Positions 23,045-32,930 of a DNA stretch of 39,996 nucleotides are shown one piece after another. The notes under the pieces were generated by a model that searched no databases, was not told the DNA's origin, and saw nothing but the letters and a program-made list of their open reading frames with translations. The stretch's first letter is position 1. Each line of letters starts with the position of its first letter. Where the stretch lies: NCBI RefSeq assembly GCF_001194135.2, contig NC_069005.1, positions 7,905,589 through 7,945,584 of the forward strand. The letters run 5' to 3'. The translations under genes were made by a program, and so were the position numbers. The DNA comes from Octopus bimaculoides. Lineage: Eukaryota.

Positions 23045-23638
23045 GTAAGACATGTCTTAATATACACTTTGATAGTGTGGCAAGTGTGGTTTAGGGTGTG
23101 TCTATCTTGAAGAGAAATGTTGTTTTAGTTATACAAATTTCACCATGGATCTATAGAGTATTGACTACTCAGTGGAAAACATACCTACACCAAGAGGTCT
23201 GTGTTTTTTTGTGATTTTGTAATTGGCTGATGATGTGCTGTGATCATTGAATTGTTGATACAGAAACTTAGTCTTGAATGCCCTTGGGATTCCTAGATAC
23301 CTAGAAAGTTCCCCTCCGAGGCACAAATCTGGGCAAGGTGGTTTATGGAATACCAGTAATTACCCATGCATGCCAGCCTCTCTTCTCCACGCCATCAATG
23401 TTATCCAAGGGAAAGACAAAGGCCGATACAGCTTGGCACCAGTGACATTGCAACTCATTTCTACGGCTGAGTGAACTGGAGCAATGTGAAATAAAGTGTC
23501 TTGCTCAAGAATACAACACACAGCCCAGTCCAGGATTCGAACTCACTACCTCAGGACTGAGCAATGCACCTTTACTTTAATATACTTGGAAGTATATTAT
23601 GGTTGCTAAAGGAAATATGGTGTCCCTCCCAGCAATTA

Positions 23639-23720
23639 NNNNNNNNNNNNNNNNNNNNNNNNNNNNNNNNNNNNNNNNNNNNNNNNNNNNNNNNNNNNNN
23701 NNNNNNNNNNNNNNNNNNNN
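23639..23720. other. Assembly gap (N)
   Basis: 82 N. Confidence 1.
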
Positions 23721-23939
23721 ATATATAAAGTGTAGTATATTGCCACTTAAGTGTGGCTGACCCCTAGGGGTGGATGTTACTGTTGCTTTTAGCCCCAGGA
23801 GGACATCTCCAGCTGGCTTATCGACACACTACTGTGTCCTGTTTGCCAAGGGAAGTTATCCCTCCCATCATGATCTGTAGCACGAACGGACCCGGGTTTC
23901 AGGGTTATTTCTTGGTGTATATATATATATATATTGTAA

Positions 23940-24215
23940 AGGTATGTGGCTTAGTGGTTAGGGTGTTGCAGTCACAATCACAAGGTTGTGGTTTCAATTC
24001 TCAGTAGTGCATTGTGCTGCTTGAGCAAAGCACTTCATTTTGCAATGTTCCAGTTCACTCAGCTGTAAATGGGTAACACTGCAGTGAACTGACATTCTGT
24101 TCAGGTAGGATGTTGGCCTAACCAGTAGAGTGTATCTTCTGAAAGCTACAACAGTGCAAGGAAGTGCATTGTGACCAGCAGTGTATAACAATATCCAATA
24201 GTCTGGTTGATACAG
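23940..24215 (+). mobile_element. SINE family C copy (an opposite-strand head lies at about 23460-23560)
   Basis: gtggcttagtggttagggtgttgcagtcacaatcacaaggttgtggtttcaattc head. Confidence 0.7.
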
Positions 24216-24398
24216 TAATATAACCGTCACCATAAGGTTAGGATATCATCTTTCTAACTATGTGGTTGTGGGTTCGATCCTGTTGTGCAACACCTTAGGT
24301 AAGTGTCTTCTGAGTTGATCAGTATCTTGTGACTGGAATTTGGTGAAGGGAAAATTGTTCTGAAGCCTGTTACATATTTGCTTGATTATGTTTGTGGT

Positions 24399-24948
24399 GT
24401 CAAATAGATTGCTTGATTGTTCACATTATTTGACTTAATCGTGCATTTTCATGTAACTTCAAGTTTTTTATGCTGTGGTTGTTAATTTTTAGAATGACAT
24501 TGTGATTTTTAGGATGACAGATGTGATAAGTTGGATCTGGTCATGCATGGCTGGTTTAACCCTTTAGCATCCAGATTATTCTGTCAAATGTAATGCTTAT
24601 TTGTGCACATTGTTTGGAATTAACCATGCATCGTCTCATAGCTTCATGATCTCAGTAGTGGTATGAGTGTTTTTAGAATGACATTGTAGGGAGATGTGAT
24701 ATGTTGGATCTGGCCAGGTATGGCTGGTTTAACAATTTAGTGTTGAGATTACTGTCAAATGTGATGCTTAAATATTATGCACATTATTTTGAATCAATCA
24801 CGCCTTGTAGCTTCAAGATTTCAATGATGTGATTGTTTTCAGAATGACATTGTAGAGTTGGTATGAGAAATCAGATTTGGCCAGTTTGATTCTAGAGAAG
24901 ATAGAATATTTGGGACAGATATTATTGCTTGAAATGCTAAAAGATTAA
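24399..24948 (+). mobile_element. Tandem triplication of a piggyBac-type MITE (about 173-bp units)
   Basis: ttttagaatgacattg...gatctgg repeated three times; junctions at TTAA 24556-24559 and 24729-24732; one right end aatgctaaaaga|ttaa. Confidence 0.7.
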
Positions 24949-25084
24949 TGGGTTGCATTCATTACATTGCACTCATATTCTCAACTTTATGATGTGTTGA
25001 CCAATGCACATAAGTTGTGTTAGTTTTGTGTGTATGCTTGTGTGTCCTCTGCATTCTTACGTGTGCTTTTAGTAGGTGTGTTAT

Positions 25085-25440
25085 CATCATCATCATCATT
25101 GTCATCGTCATTTAGCATCTGCTTTCCATGCTCGCATCGGTTAGATGGTTCGACTGAAACTGCTAAGCTGTAGAGCTGCACCAAGTTCCAGTCTGATTTG
25201 GTATGGTTTCAATAGCTGGATGCCCTTAACTTAGACCTACCACTCCAAGAATGTAATGAGTGTTTTCTGTGCCACTGGCATTGGCTACTGGCTTGACGAG
25301 GCTTCTCAAGCGCAGTGTATCGCTAACGGTCTCGGTCACTTGTCATCACCTCCATGAGGTCTGATAATTGAAGGGTTTTTTTTACGTGCCACTGGCACAA
25401 GTGCCAGTTACGTGAAACTGGCATCAGCCATGACTATGAT
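25085..25440 (-). mobile_element. Retroposon family D copy
   Basis: (CAT)n then ttagcatctgctttccatgctcgcatcggttagatgg...agctggatgccc. Confidence 0.7.
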
Positions 25441-25524
25441 TTCACTTTCATGTAATTGGGAATTTTCATAAATCTGACGGTCTACGATGTAGTACTTTAT
25501 TTAATAATCTTTACTAAATTCCAG

Positions 25525-25585
25525 GAAACCCTCGAAGACATAGACAAAGATAAAGATGGAAAAGTCAGTCTTGAAGAATACATAA
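25525..25585 (+). CDS. CALU: Calumenin-like exon 6: EF4 (DKDKDGKVSLEE)
   Basis: Acceptor ttccag ending 25524, donor a|gtaagt at 25586; 61 nt, phase 0-1; ETLEDIDKDKDGKVSLEEYI. Not in the ORF track. Confidence 0.96.
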
Positions 25586-25634
25586 GTAAGTTTCTTTATA
25601 CAGCTTATTATTGAATTTTAGAATGATTAATATA

Positions 25635-26223
25635 CAGGGTTGGTCAGAAGTCACCCAGCAGTAAATCAAAATTCCATAAATACTAAATATTTAATGAAAC
25701 TCACTGGCAATAGCTATTTTGAAATGCTGAATGAGTATGTCTTTCCGCTGCTGTGTGACAGGCCAGACTTTAATACTTTGCTGTTCGTACAAGATGGTGT
25801 GCCTCCCCATTGGTCTGGTACGCGATCTGTTAGACACTTTGCCTGCAGGTTGGATTGGACATAGAGGGTCTATTGAATGGGCTCCACATTCATGTAACCT
25901 TACACCAATGGACTTTATAGTATTTGGGGAATGATGAAAGATCCGGTTTTTAATAGAAAACCAAGGACTCTAGCTAAGTTGCAAGCTGCCATAGCAACTG
26001 AATTTGAACTAATTAATACAAATAAGGTACTTTGTCATACTATCTGTAATTCTGTATTGACTCAAATGGAAAAATGTGTCGCTTAAGAAGGACTTGAGTT
26101 TGAACAGTTTTCATCATGTTTCATCTTTAGAGGCTTGTATTAAATTCATTCAGTTGTCAAACACAACTAAATCTAGGAATTAAATAGTTTTGATTTACTG
26201 TCAGGTGACTTTGGCCAACCTTA
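25635..26223 (+). mobile_element. Tc1/mariner (rosa/DD41D-like) internally deleted element, 50 nt after exon 6
   Basis: TA-flanked imperfect TIRs cagggttggtcagaagtcacc / ggtgactttggccaacctta; peptides LFVQDGVPPHW and WIGHRGSIEWAPHSCNLTPMDFIVFG (compare WPPRSPDLTPxDFFLWG). Confidence 0.75.
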
Positions 26224-26799
26224 TATGGAAAGAAATCTTTTATTGTTGAATAAGCTTATTATAAAGTTCTGTTGTAGCTGCTAATGGCCACTTGAGCCCA
26301 TTCTGTACTCCTATCATTGTATTGAGTAATCTAATTTCTAATATCTGATCATAACTTTGGTCCACTCCTGCCACTGTAGAAAATAATATAGTTTTCAGGA
26401 ATTATTTTGGTCTAAACTGCTGTAATTATAACTTTAATCCATACTGTACATCTTTGCTTGTGTATACAGCTGGGTAGCAGCGATGAAATTCGAGCCTACA
26501 TCCTTTGACACCATTGCGACTTGAAAACAAATGTTTCATGATGGTTGTAGTTTTGCAGAAACAACCTTGAATGCTACCTTCTCAATTATTAACTCTTTGA
26601 GCATTGTGCTTTAGAGAAAGATGAATTATTGGTCACTAATCCAAGCTGTTTTTTTTTTTTTTTTATAAATTGCTTGTATTTCTTAAAGACAGCAGGTTAT
26701 AGAAAACTGCATGAACTTCACTATTGTATTAAGTCATGCGTTTGCAAGGCCCGAGATGTTATGAAATTTAATATTGTAACAATAGTTAAAACAGGGAAC

Positions 26800-26950
26800 T
26801 GTTTTTACATTCTGAGTTCAAATTCTGCCAAAGGCAACTTTGACTCTCATCCTTTTGAGGTCAATAAAATAAATACCTGGGGTCAATGTAATTGATTTAC
26901 TCCCTTCCACGAAATTGCTGGCCTTGTGCCAAAATTTGAAATCAATATTG
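26800..26950 (+). mobile_element. SINE family B, partial
   Basis: ttctgagttcaaattctgcc...gaaattgctggccttgtgccaaaatttgaaatc. Confidence 0.65.
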
Positions 26951-27589
26951 TAACAATAGTTTATTCAAGGCTAAGATGTGAAATTTAATAGTTTGATGGT
27001 AGTTTTACGTCTGTGAGGACCCAAGATGTTATGAAATTTGAACAAAAAGACTCTCTTTCATATGTTTTCTTTTCAAACAAATTATTCATTCAGCTAATTC
27101 ATTTGTTTTGTAAATATTTTGAACAGTTTGAAACAAACGGATATTTAATGCTGTACTTACAACATTCTGTATAGTTTATAAAATTCCACTTTGTCACTTG
27201 TGCATGTGATTCCAGCAGGCTTTCCAACTCACTAAACTCATCAGTATTCCAACAGACAAAACTGAATGTTCTGGAATTTGTTGTTATTCTTTTCGAAATG
27301 TCTTGCCATGGTTTGGTCATGCCGAGCAAGCTAAGTAATAGTTACTACCATTTGTATTGAACCATTTCCAAGTATTAATATTTACAGGAATGTGAGAGCA
27401 AGATTATGAATGTCGAATGTATTGCTGTGTTCAACAGCTTCTAAACACAGTACTATGGTCAGCAGTAACTAAAGGCAATACAATGGTCAGTAGTAACTAA
27501 AGCATAGTGTTGTGTTGAATAGTAACAGCACTATGCAGTGTTGCTAATCATGTCTACAGATGGCATTATTAGAGAGAGGCTACGTCAGC

Positions 27590-28235
27590 GAGCTGGCAGA
27601 ATCGTTAGTGTGCCAAACAAAATACTTAGCGCCAGTTCTTCCAGCTTTGTTCTTAGTTCAAATGCTGCCGAGGTCAACTTTGCCTTTCATTCTTTCGGGG
27701 CTGATAAAATAAGTACTGTTTGAGCACCAGGGTCCATGTAATTGACTAACCCCTCCCCCTGAAATTGCTGGCCCTGTGCCAGAATTAGAAAGAACTACTA
27801 GAGCAGGGCTTGGGCATTTAACTGGCAGAATTGTTCGAACATCAGACAAAATACCTTGTAGTATTTGTCTTGGTTCTTTACATTCTGAGGTTGATTCTTC
27901 CCTTCCACCCTTTTAGGGTTAATAAAATACTATATTGTATTATACTAACTGACCCCTGTTTCCTAAAATTTGCTGGTGTTGTGCCTAAATTAGAAATAAT
28001 TATTACAGAGACACTAAGGCAGAAAGCTGGCAGAATCGTTAGCACATCGAGCGAAATGCTTAGTGGCATTTCATCGGTCTTTACGTTCTGAGTTCAAATT
28101 CTGTTGAGGTTGACTTTGGCTTTCATTCTTTTGGGGGTCGGTAAAATAAGTACCAGTTGAGTACTGGGGTCAATGTAATTGACATGACTCCTCTGCTGAA
28201 ATTGCTGGTCTTGTGCCAAAATTTGAAACCAATAT
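27590..28235 (+). mobile_element. Three head-to-tail SINE family B copies (a further partial copy at about 28555-28700)
   Basis: Heads ctggcagaat at about 27594, 27822 and 28027; tails tgtgcc.aaatt.gaa at about 27785, 27990 and 28225. Confidence 0.8.
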
Positions 28236-29275
28236 TACAGGGACACTAAACTTATTCCTGGCAGTTGTTCCTCTTCACAATAGATGTTGGCTGTGACATG
28301 AAGTTCAGCCGACAGAAGCCTATGAGAGAACCTTTTATGTGGCCTCTATGCCTGCTAGAAATAGCAGCTGAATGGCTAATGTGTACAATTTACTCCATAC
28401 CATGTTAATTAGTTAAGGCAGCTATGTTAGTGTCTCACATATGCAAATACGTTTCTATCTGAAGAAGATCAACCTTTATCTAACTGTTGCAGGTCCTTAC
28501 TGAAAGTTTGGACTCTGATTTTGAATGTCCTTAAGTTCTATTATTAAGGGTAGTGGATTGGCTGAATTGTTGTCAGAAAATGAAGCTTTGCAGTATTTGT
28601 TCCAGCTCTTTATATTCTGAGTTCAAATCCTGTATAAGTCAACTTTGCCGTTTATCCTTTCAGTTAAAATATAAATAGCAGTCTGGAACTGGAGTCAAAG
28701 TTACTGGTTTTTCTGCTTAAGTTAGAAACAACTATTTGGCACCTAGGTTCAAATCATAGGAATGGTCTCATGGGTCTTTACTGAGTTGTTATAATTTTTT
28801 AAATTTTTATTATTATTGTGTTATTACTTTGCTTGGGAGACTGGTAAGGGTTGGCATTTGGCCACATAAAATCTGCCTCAGTAAACTCTGTCTGACCCAT
28901 GCAAGTGTGGAAAAGTGGATGTTGAAACAATGATGATCTGTTCATGTCCACGTGATGTCTGTGACATAATTTAACACTAACACCTGACCCTTGTAAGCAT
29001 TTGGATCAAGTCTCTTGCCTGAGGAGGACTTGGTATCTTGATGCAGCAATCTACAAATTGTGGGTTTTTCTCTTTCTTCCTCTTGCTTTCAAAGGCCCCA
29101 TAAAGGTCCTTGCTGACTGATGCCTCTCCTACTCTAATTTATGCCATATAAAAAGATAAATACAACACCTTCACTTAATTATGTCCCCTCTTCTGCTGAA
29201 TGTAGCAGTGACAAAGTTGTTTGGTGAAATTGTAATAATTCTACTATTAATTGGAATGTTAACTTACGTTCATAG

Positions 29276-29487
29276 CTGATATATACGGAAATGAAGACGA
29301 AGATGATGAGGATGAAGATGACCCAGATTGGGTAAACGAGGAAAAGGAGCAGTTCCACAATTTCCGTGATAAAAACAAAGATGGCTTCTTGGACAAAGCC
29401 GAGGTGACAGAATGGTTAATTCCTGAGGAGTTTAATCACCTTGATACTGAAGTAAATCACCTTGTGAGAACGTCTGATGTGGATCAG
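29276..29487 (+). CDS. CALU: Calumenin-like alternative exon 7a (divergent, acidic): (T)DIYGNEDEDDEDEDDPDWVNEEKEQFHNFRDKNKDGFLDKAEVTEWLIPEEFNHLDTEVNHLVRTSDVDQ
   Basis: Acceptor ttcatag ending 29275, donor cag|gtgtgt at 29488; 212 nt, phase 1-0, no stops; canonical EF5 loop DKNKDGFLDKAE; collinear with exon 7b. Not in the ORF track. Confidence 0.85.
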
Positions 29488-29518
29488 GTGTGTAATAGAG
29501 CATTGCCGGTGCAATGCA

Positions 29519-29997
29519 TCAGAAACTGCTCAACAAACTTATAGAATTTTAACACTTCGAGCCTATTTCATGTAGAAAGTAAAGCAGTAAAGCAGAAAGC
29601 TTCTGACGGTTCGTCTCTTATGACTTGTTCCAGTTCCAAAAAGACAGATCTGGAATCAATCATTTCATACCTTTCCTCTTGTGGCACTTATCTACCAGAC
29701 ACTTTACTGCTGACTTTTTTGGTAAAATAGACAGAACCTCAAGAATATAACATGTGGCCATTGAAAGGATTGTGCAGAGAGAACAAATTATTTTTCCATT
29801 TATGTCAACATAGCTTCTTATACAAGGTTGCTAAATTTACTATTGTCTTCTCAATCTATTTGTAAAATTAACTGAATTTTGTATAAAAATTTGAAAATTT
29901 TCTTCTGAAATATATATATATATATTTATATATATATTTAAAAAAAAAAAAATTGAAGTATTGTGTATTCAATGAGTTTGTTGAGCAGATATTTTGA
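29519..29997 (+). promoter_or_regulatory. Intronic long-range RNA duplex between exons 7a and 7b (29519-29547 pairing with 29967-29997)
   Basis: CTGCTCAACAAACT (29526-29539) is the exact reverse complement of AGTTTGTTGAGCAG (29975-29988); extendable on both sides with G-U pairs and small loops. Confidence 0.75.
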
Positions 29998-30044
29998 CTT
30001 GATTTTTTTGACGTATGTTTTGATGACGGCTTTGCCATTTGTAG

Positions 30045-30247
30045 GTGACATGTGGCCCGGGGATAAGGAGGGAGAGCCAGAACCCGATTGGGTTAAAGGT
30101 GAGCGCGAGCAGTTCTCCAACTATAGAGACAAAAATGGTGATCATATGATGGACAAAGAGGAAGTGAAGGAATGGCTACTTCCCTCTGATTACGATCATT
30201 CAATCGCCGAAGCAAGCCATTTAATTTATGAGTCAGATAAGAACAAG
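30045..30247 (+). CDS. CALU: Calumenin-like alternative exon 7b (canonical): (S)[67 protein letters not shown]
   Basis: Acceptor atttgtag ending 30044, donor aag|gtttgt at 30248; 203 nt, phase 1-0; close to the calumenin consensus EREQF..RDKN.D..MDKEE..WILPSDYDH..AEA.HL.YESD. Confidence 0.95.
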
Positions 30248-30784
30248 GTTTGTAACAGTGAACACTACTGCTTCTCCTTGCCCTTGTTTTAAGGTTTTGT
30301 GGTTGCACTTAACTGAAAGCAGGCTGTTTATTTTTGTTTTAATGTCTTTTATAATTCTGTTTTCTCTCTTTTCACTCTAACTCTATAAACAATCTTTCTC
30401 ACTCTCCTCTCTGTCTTTGAGACACTCTGCTATGTTATTTCATGGAATTCATAACAATTAATAGCTCTCTACTCCCAAAAACAAAGGCAGCAAGCTGACA
30501 AAATCTTTAGCATGTCAGGTAAAATGCTTGAAGGCATTTCTTGTGGCTGTGTGTTCTGAGTTCAAATACTACCAAGGTCAACTTCACCTTTCATCTTGGG
30601 GGGGTTGGTAACCAGCCTTATGAATCCTGAGTTCAAAATTAAAAAAAAAATATCTTAACCCTTTAGCATTCAGATTACTCTGTCAAATGTAATGCTTATT
30701 GATTCACATTGTTTTGAATTAATCCTGCATTATCTCATAGCTTTGAGATTTCAATGATGCAGTTGTTTATTTTTAGAATGTACA

Positions 30785-31330
30785 GTCGTCGTTGTCGTCG
30801 TCTAACATCCGCTTTCCATGCTAGCATGGGTTGGACGATTTGACTGAGGACTGGTGAAACCAGATGGCTACACCAGGCTCCAATCTGATTTGGCAGAGTT
30901 TCTACAGCTGGATGCCCTTCCTAACGCCAACCACTCAGAGAGTGTAGTGGGTGCTTTTACGTGTCACCCGCACAAAGGCCAGTCGGGTGGTACTGGCAAC
31001 GGCCACGCTCAAAATGGTGCATTTCATGTGCCACCAGCACAAGAGCCAGTCCAGGGGCACTGGCAACGATCTCGCTCGAAAATCCCACAAAGTCCAGCCA
31101 GGCGGCACTGGCAACGGTCATGCTCAAATGGTGCATCTCATGTGTCACCCACACAAGAGCCAGTCCAGGAGTACCAGCAACGATCTCGCTCGAAAAATTC
31201 CATGTGTCGCCTGCACATGAGCCAGTCCAGGGGCACCGGTAACGATCTCGCTCAAAAATCCTACAACGGCCCCGCACAAGAGCCAGTTCAGGGGCACTGG
31301 CAACGATCTCGCTCGAAAAACCTCATTAGG
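30785..31330 (-). mobile_element. Retroposon family D copy nested in the MITE, with an internal minisatellite
   Basis: ctttccatgctagcatgggttggacg...cagctggatgcccttcctaacgccaacc, followed by tandem units. Confidence 0.75.
30960..31322 (+). repeat. About 6 x 55-65 bp minisatellite of two variant types (A,B,A,B,B,B)
   Basis: B units cacaagagccagtccaggggcactggcaacgatctcgctcgaaaa; A units ...ggcaacggccacgctcaaaatggtgcatttcat. Confidence 0.8.
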
Positions 31331-32519
31331 TGCAAGAAATCAGATCTGTCCAGTTTGAACATAGAACAGGTTGAATATTTTCTTGGCCAGATATGGCTGG
31401 TTTAAATGCTAAAGGGTTAAACTGCTTTTGGCAGTATAGGGGCCAATAGTATTGGGCGGGGGGGTTGTAGTCTTTTTTTTTCCTTTGTAAGAAAAATGAA
31501 TTATCTTTGAAAAGTCTCTCATATTTAAAACTTTTTTTGATATTCTATTTCATGAAATTACATTAACAGAAAACTGCTTTCGATTTATTTACTTCTGTTG
31601 CTGTCTCCTCCACCTCTTCTTGCATTTCTATATTTTCATCATTTCAATACGACACACTTCTATAGTTTTCCTTATGGTGTTGTTCTTCTTAATGAGCTTT
31701 GTTTGTTACCCTATATATTGTGTGTGTGTGTGTGATAATTAGAGCACATGGCCTAATGGTTTAGGGTGTCACATTCATAATCACAAGGTTGTGGTTTCAA
31801 TTCTCGAACTGGGTAATGCGTTGTGTTCTTGGGCAAAACAATTAATTTCATGTTACCTCTGCAATCACTTCAGCATTTGATGTGTGGAAAAACCATGCTC
31901 CTGTACAGGTAATGTTAATTTGAAAGAGGGAGTGAGGGTTAAAACTTGCATATTTTATGAAACTTCTCATGTTGAATTTGTGCATGCAATGACATTAAAA
32001 CAGAGTGATGCAGAAACAATTGTGACTGGTCATTAAAGACATGCTAAACTCTTGTTTTCTTGGATTATATTTTACTCTTCACTAGACACACACATTGATG
32101 TTTACTGATGTGACACCTGACTTTTTCTGCACCAGAAGAATTTCAATCTTATTCAAGGCTACAATTCAAGAGGGTATATATAGCCTTAAGGACTGGAATT
32201 ACTCCATCTTTCTACTCTTCTGGGACCTTAACTCTTTTGGTACCAAACTGTCAAAGACTGCCCTTAATTTATTGTTACAGATTGTAGGTTTTAAAGGGAT
32301 CTAAATTAAAACTTCCTTTTTAAATTTCATGTTATATTATGTTCCAAAGGTGATAATGATAGTTATTTTTAATATATTCGTTATTATTTTAAAAATTAAT
32401 TGAAAGATAAACTGTATTTTAACTGAAATATAATAAAAGGGTTGGGCTTCACTGGGTGAGGTGTGAGGGGTTTGCTGTGCTTGAAAAGACACGTCAAACT
32501 AGATAAAATTATGATCATC

Positions 32520-32772
32520 CATACATACAGGCATGCCCTTTGCAAGTGCCACATGAAATGCACTCATGTTGGTGCTGCATAAACACAGTTGTGCTGGTGG
32601 CATGTAAAAAGCACCCAACACATTCTGTGAATTGGTTGGCATTAGGAAAGACATCCAGCCATAGAAACCATGCCCAAAACAGCTGGAGTCTGGACAGCTG
32701 CCCAACTCTTGTCAAACTCTCCAACCCATGCCAGCATGGGAAATGGACATTAAATGATGATGATGATGATGA
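32520..32772 (+). mobile_element. Retroposon family D copy
   Basis: ggcattaggaaagacatccagccatagaaacc...ccaacccatgccagcatgggaaatggacattaaat(gat)n. Confidence 0.75.
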
Positions 32773-32930
32773 TCTATATGGCTGTTCAATTTCCAAAGTG
32801 TTGAACTGATCATGCCTTTTATTCAGGGGAGTAGAAACTTAAAGGAAATTCATTGTTATGTCATGTATAATTACCATTTTCAGCTGCTCTTGTCTGAAGA
32901 TTATATTTCTGTTTTCCTTTCTCTTTACAG

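Larger units (their letters stand above)
30659..31416. mobile_element. piggyBac-type MITE (TTAA-flanked, TIR CCCTTTAGCATT) with a nested retroposon
   Basis: TTAA|CCCTTTAGCATT at 30655-30670 and AATGCTAAAGGG|TTAA at 31405-31420; other fragments of the family at about 15140-15330 and 39540-39640. Confidence 0.8.

Noticed and set aside
28478-28560. Possible third alternative exon after ctaactgttgcag
   Set aside because: Branch-like CTAAC is too close to the AG, and I saw no EF-hand-like reading or matching donor.
29195-29235. Competing selector sequence upstream of 7a for the duplex arm
   Set aside because: Only about 5 contiguous pairs (aagtt); not distinguishable from chance by eye. A computed RNAduplex scan is needed.
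29963-30044. N-terminal extension [28 protein letters not shown] of the ORF covering exon 7b, resembling a signal peptide
   Set aside because: Intronic sequence containing the duplex arm, branch point and acceptor. The hydrophobic reading reflects T-richness, and there is no promoter evidence for an internal start.
30960-31322. CRISPR-like array
   Set aside because: Eukaryotic context; units are contiguous degenerate tandem copies without unique spacers.
30854-31405. 183-aa ORF with internal repeats (longest gap-free ORF)
   Set aside because: Lies wholly in a retroposon minisatellite nested in a MITE, inside an intron; open frames arise from stop-free repeat units.
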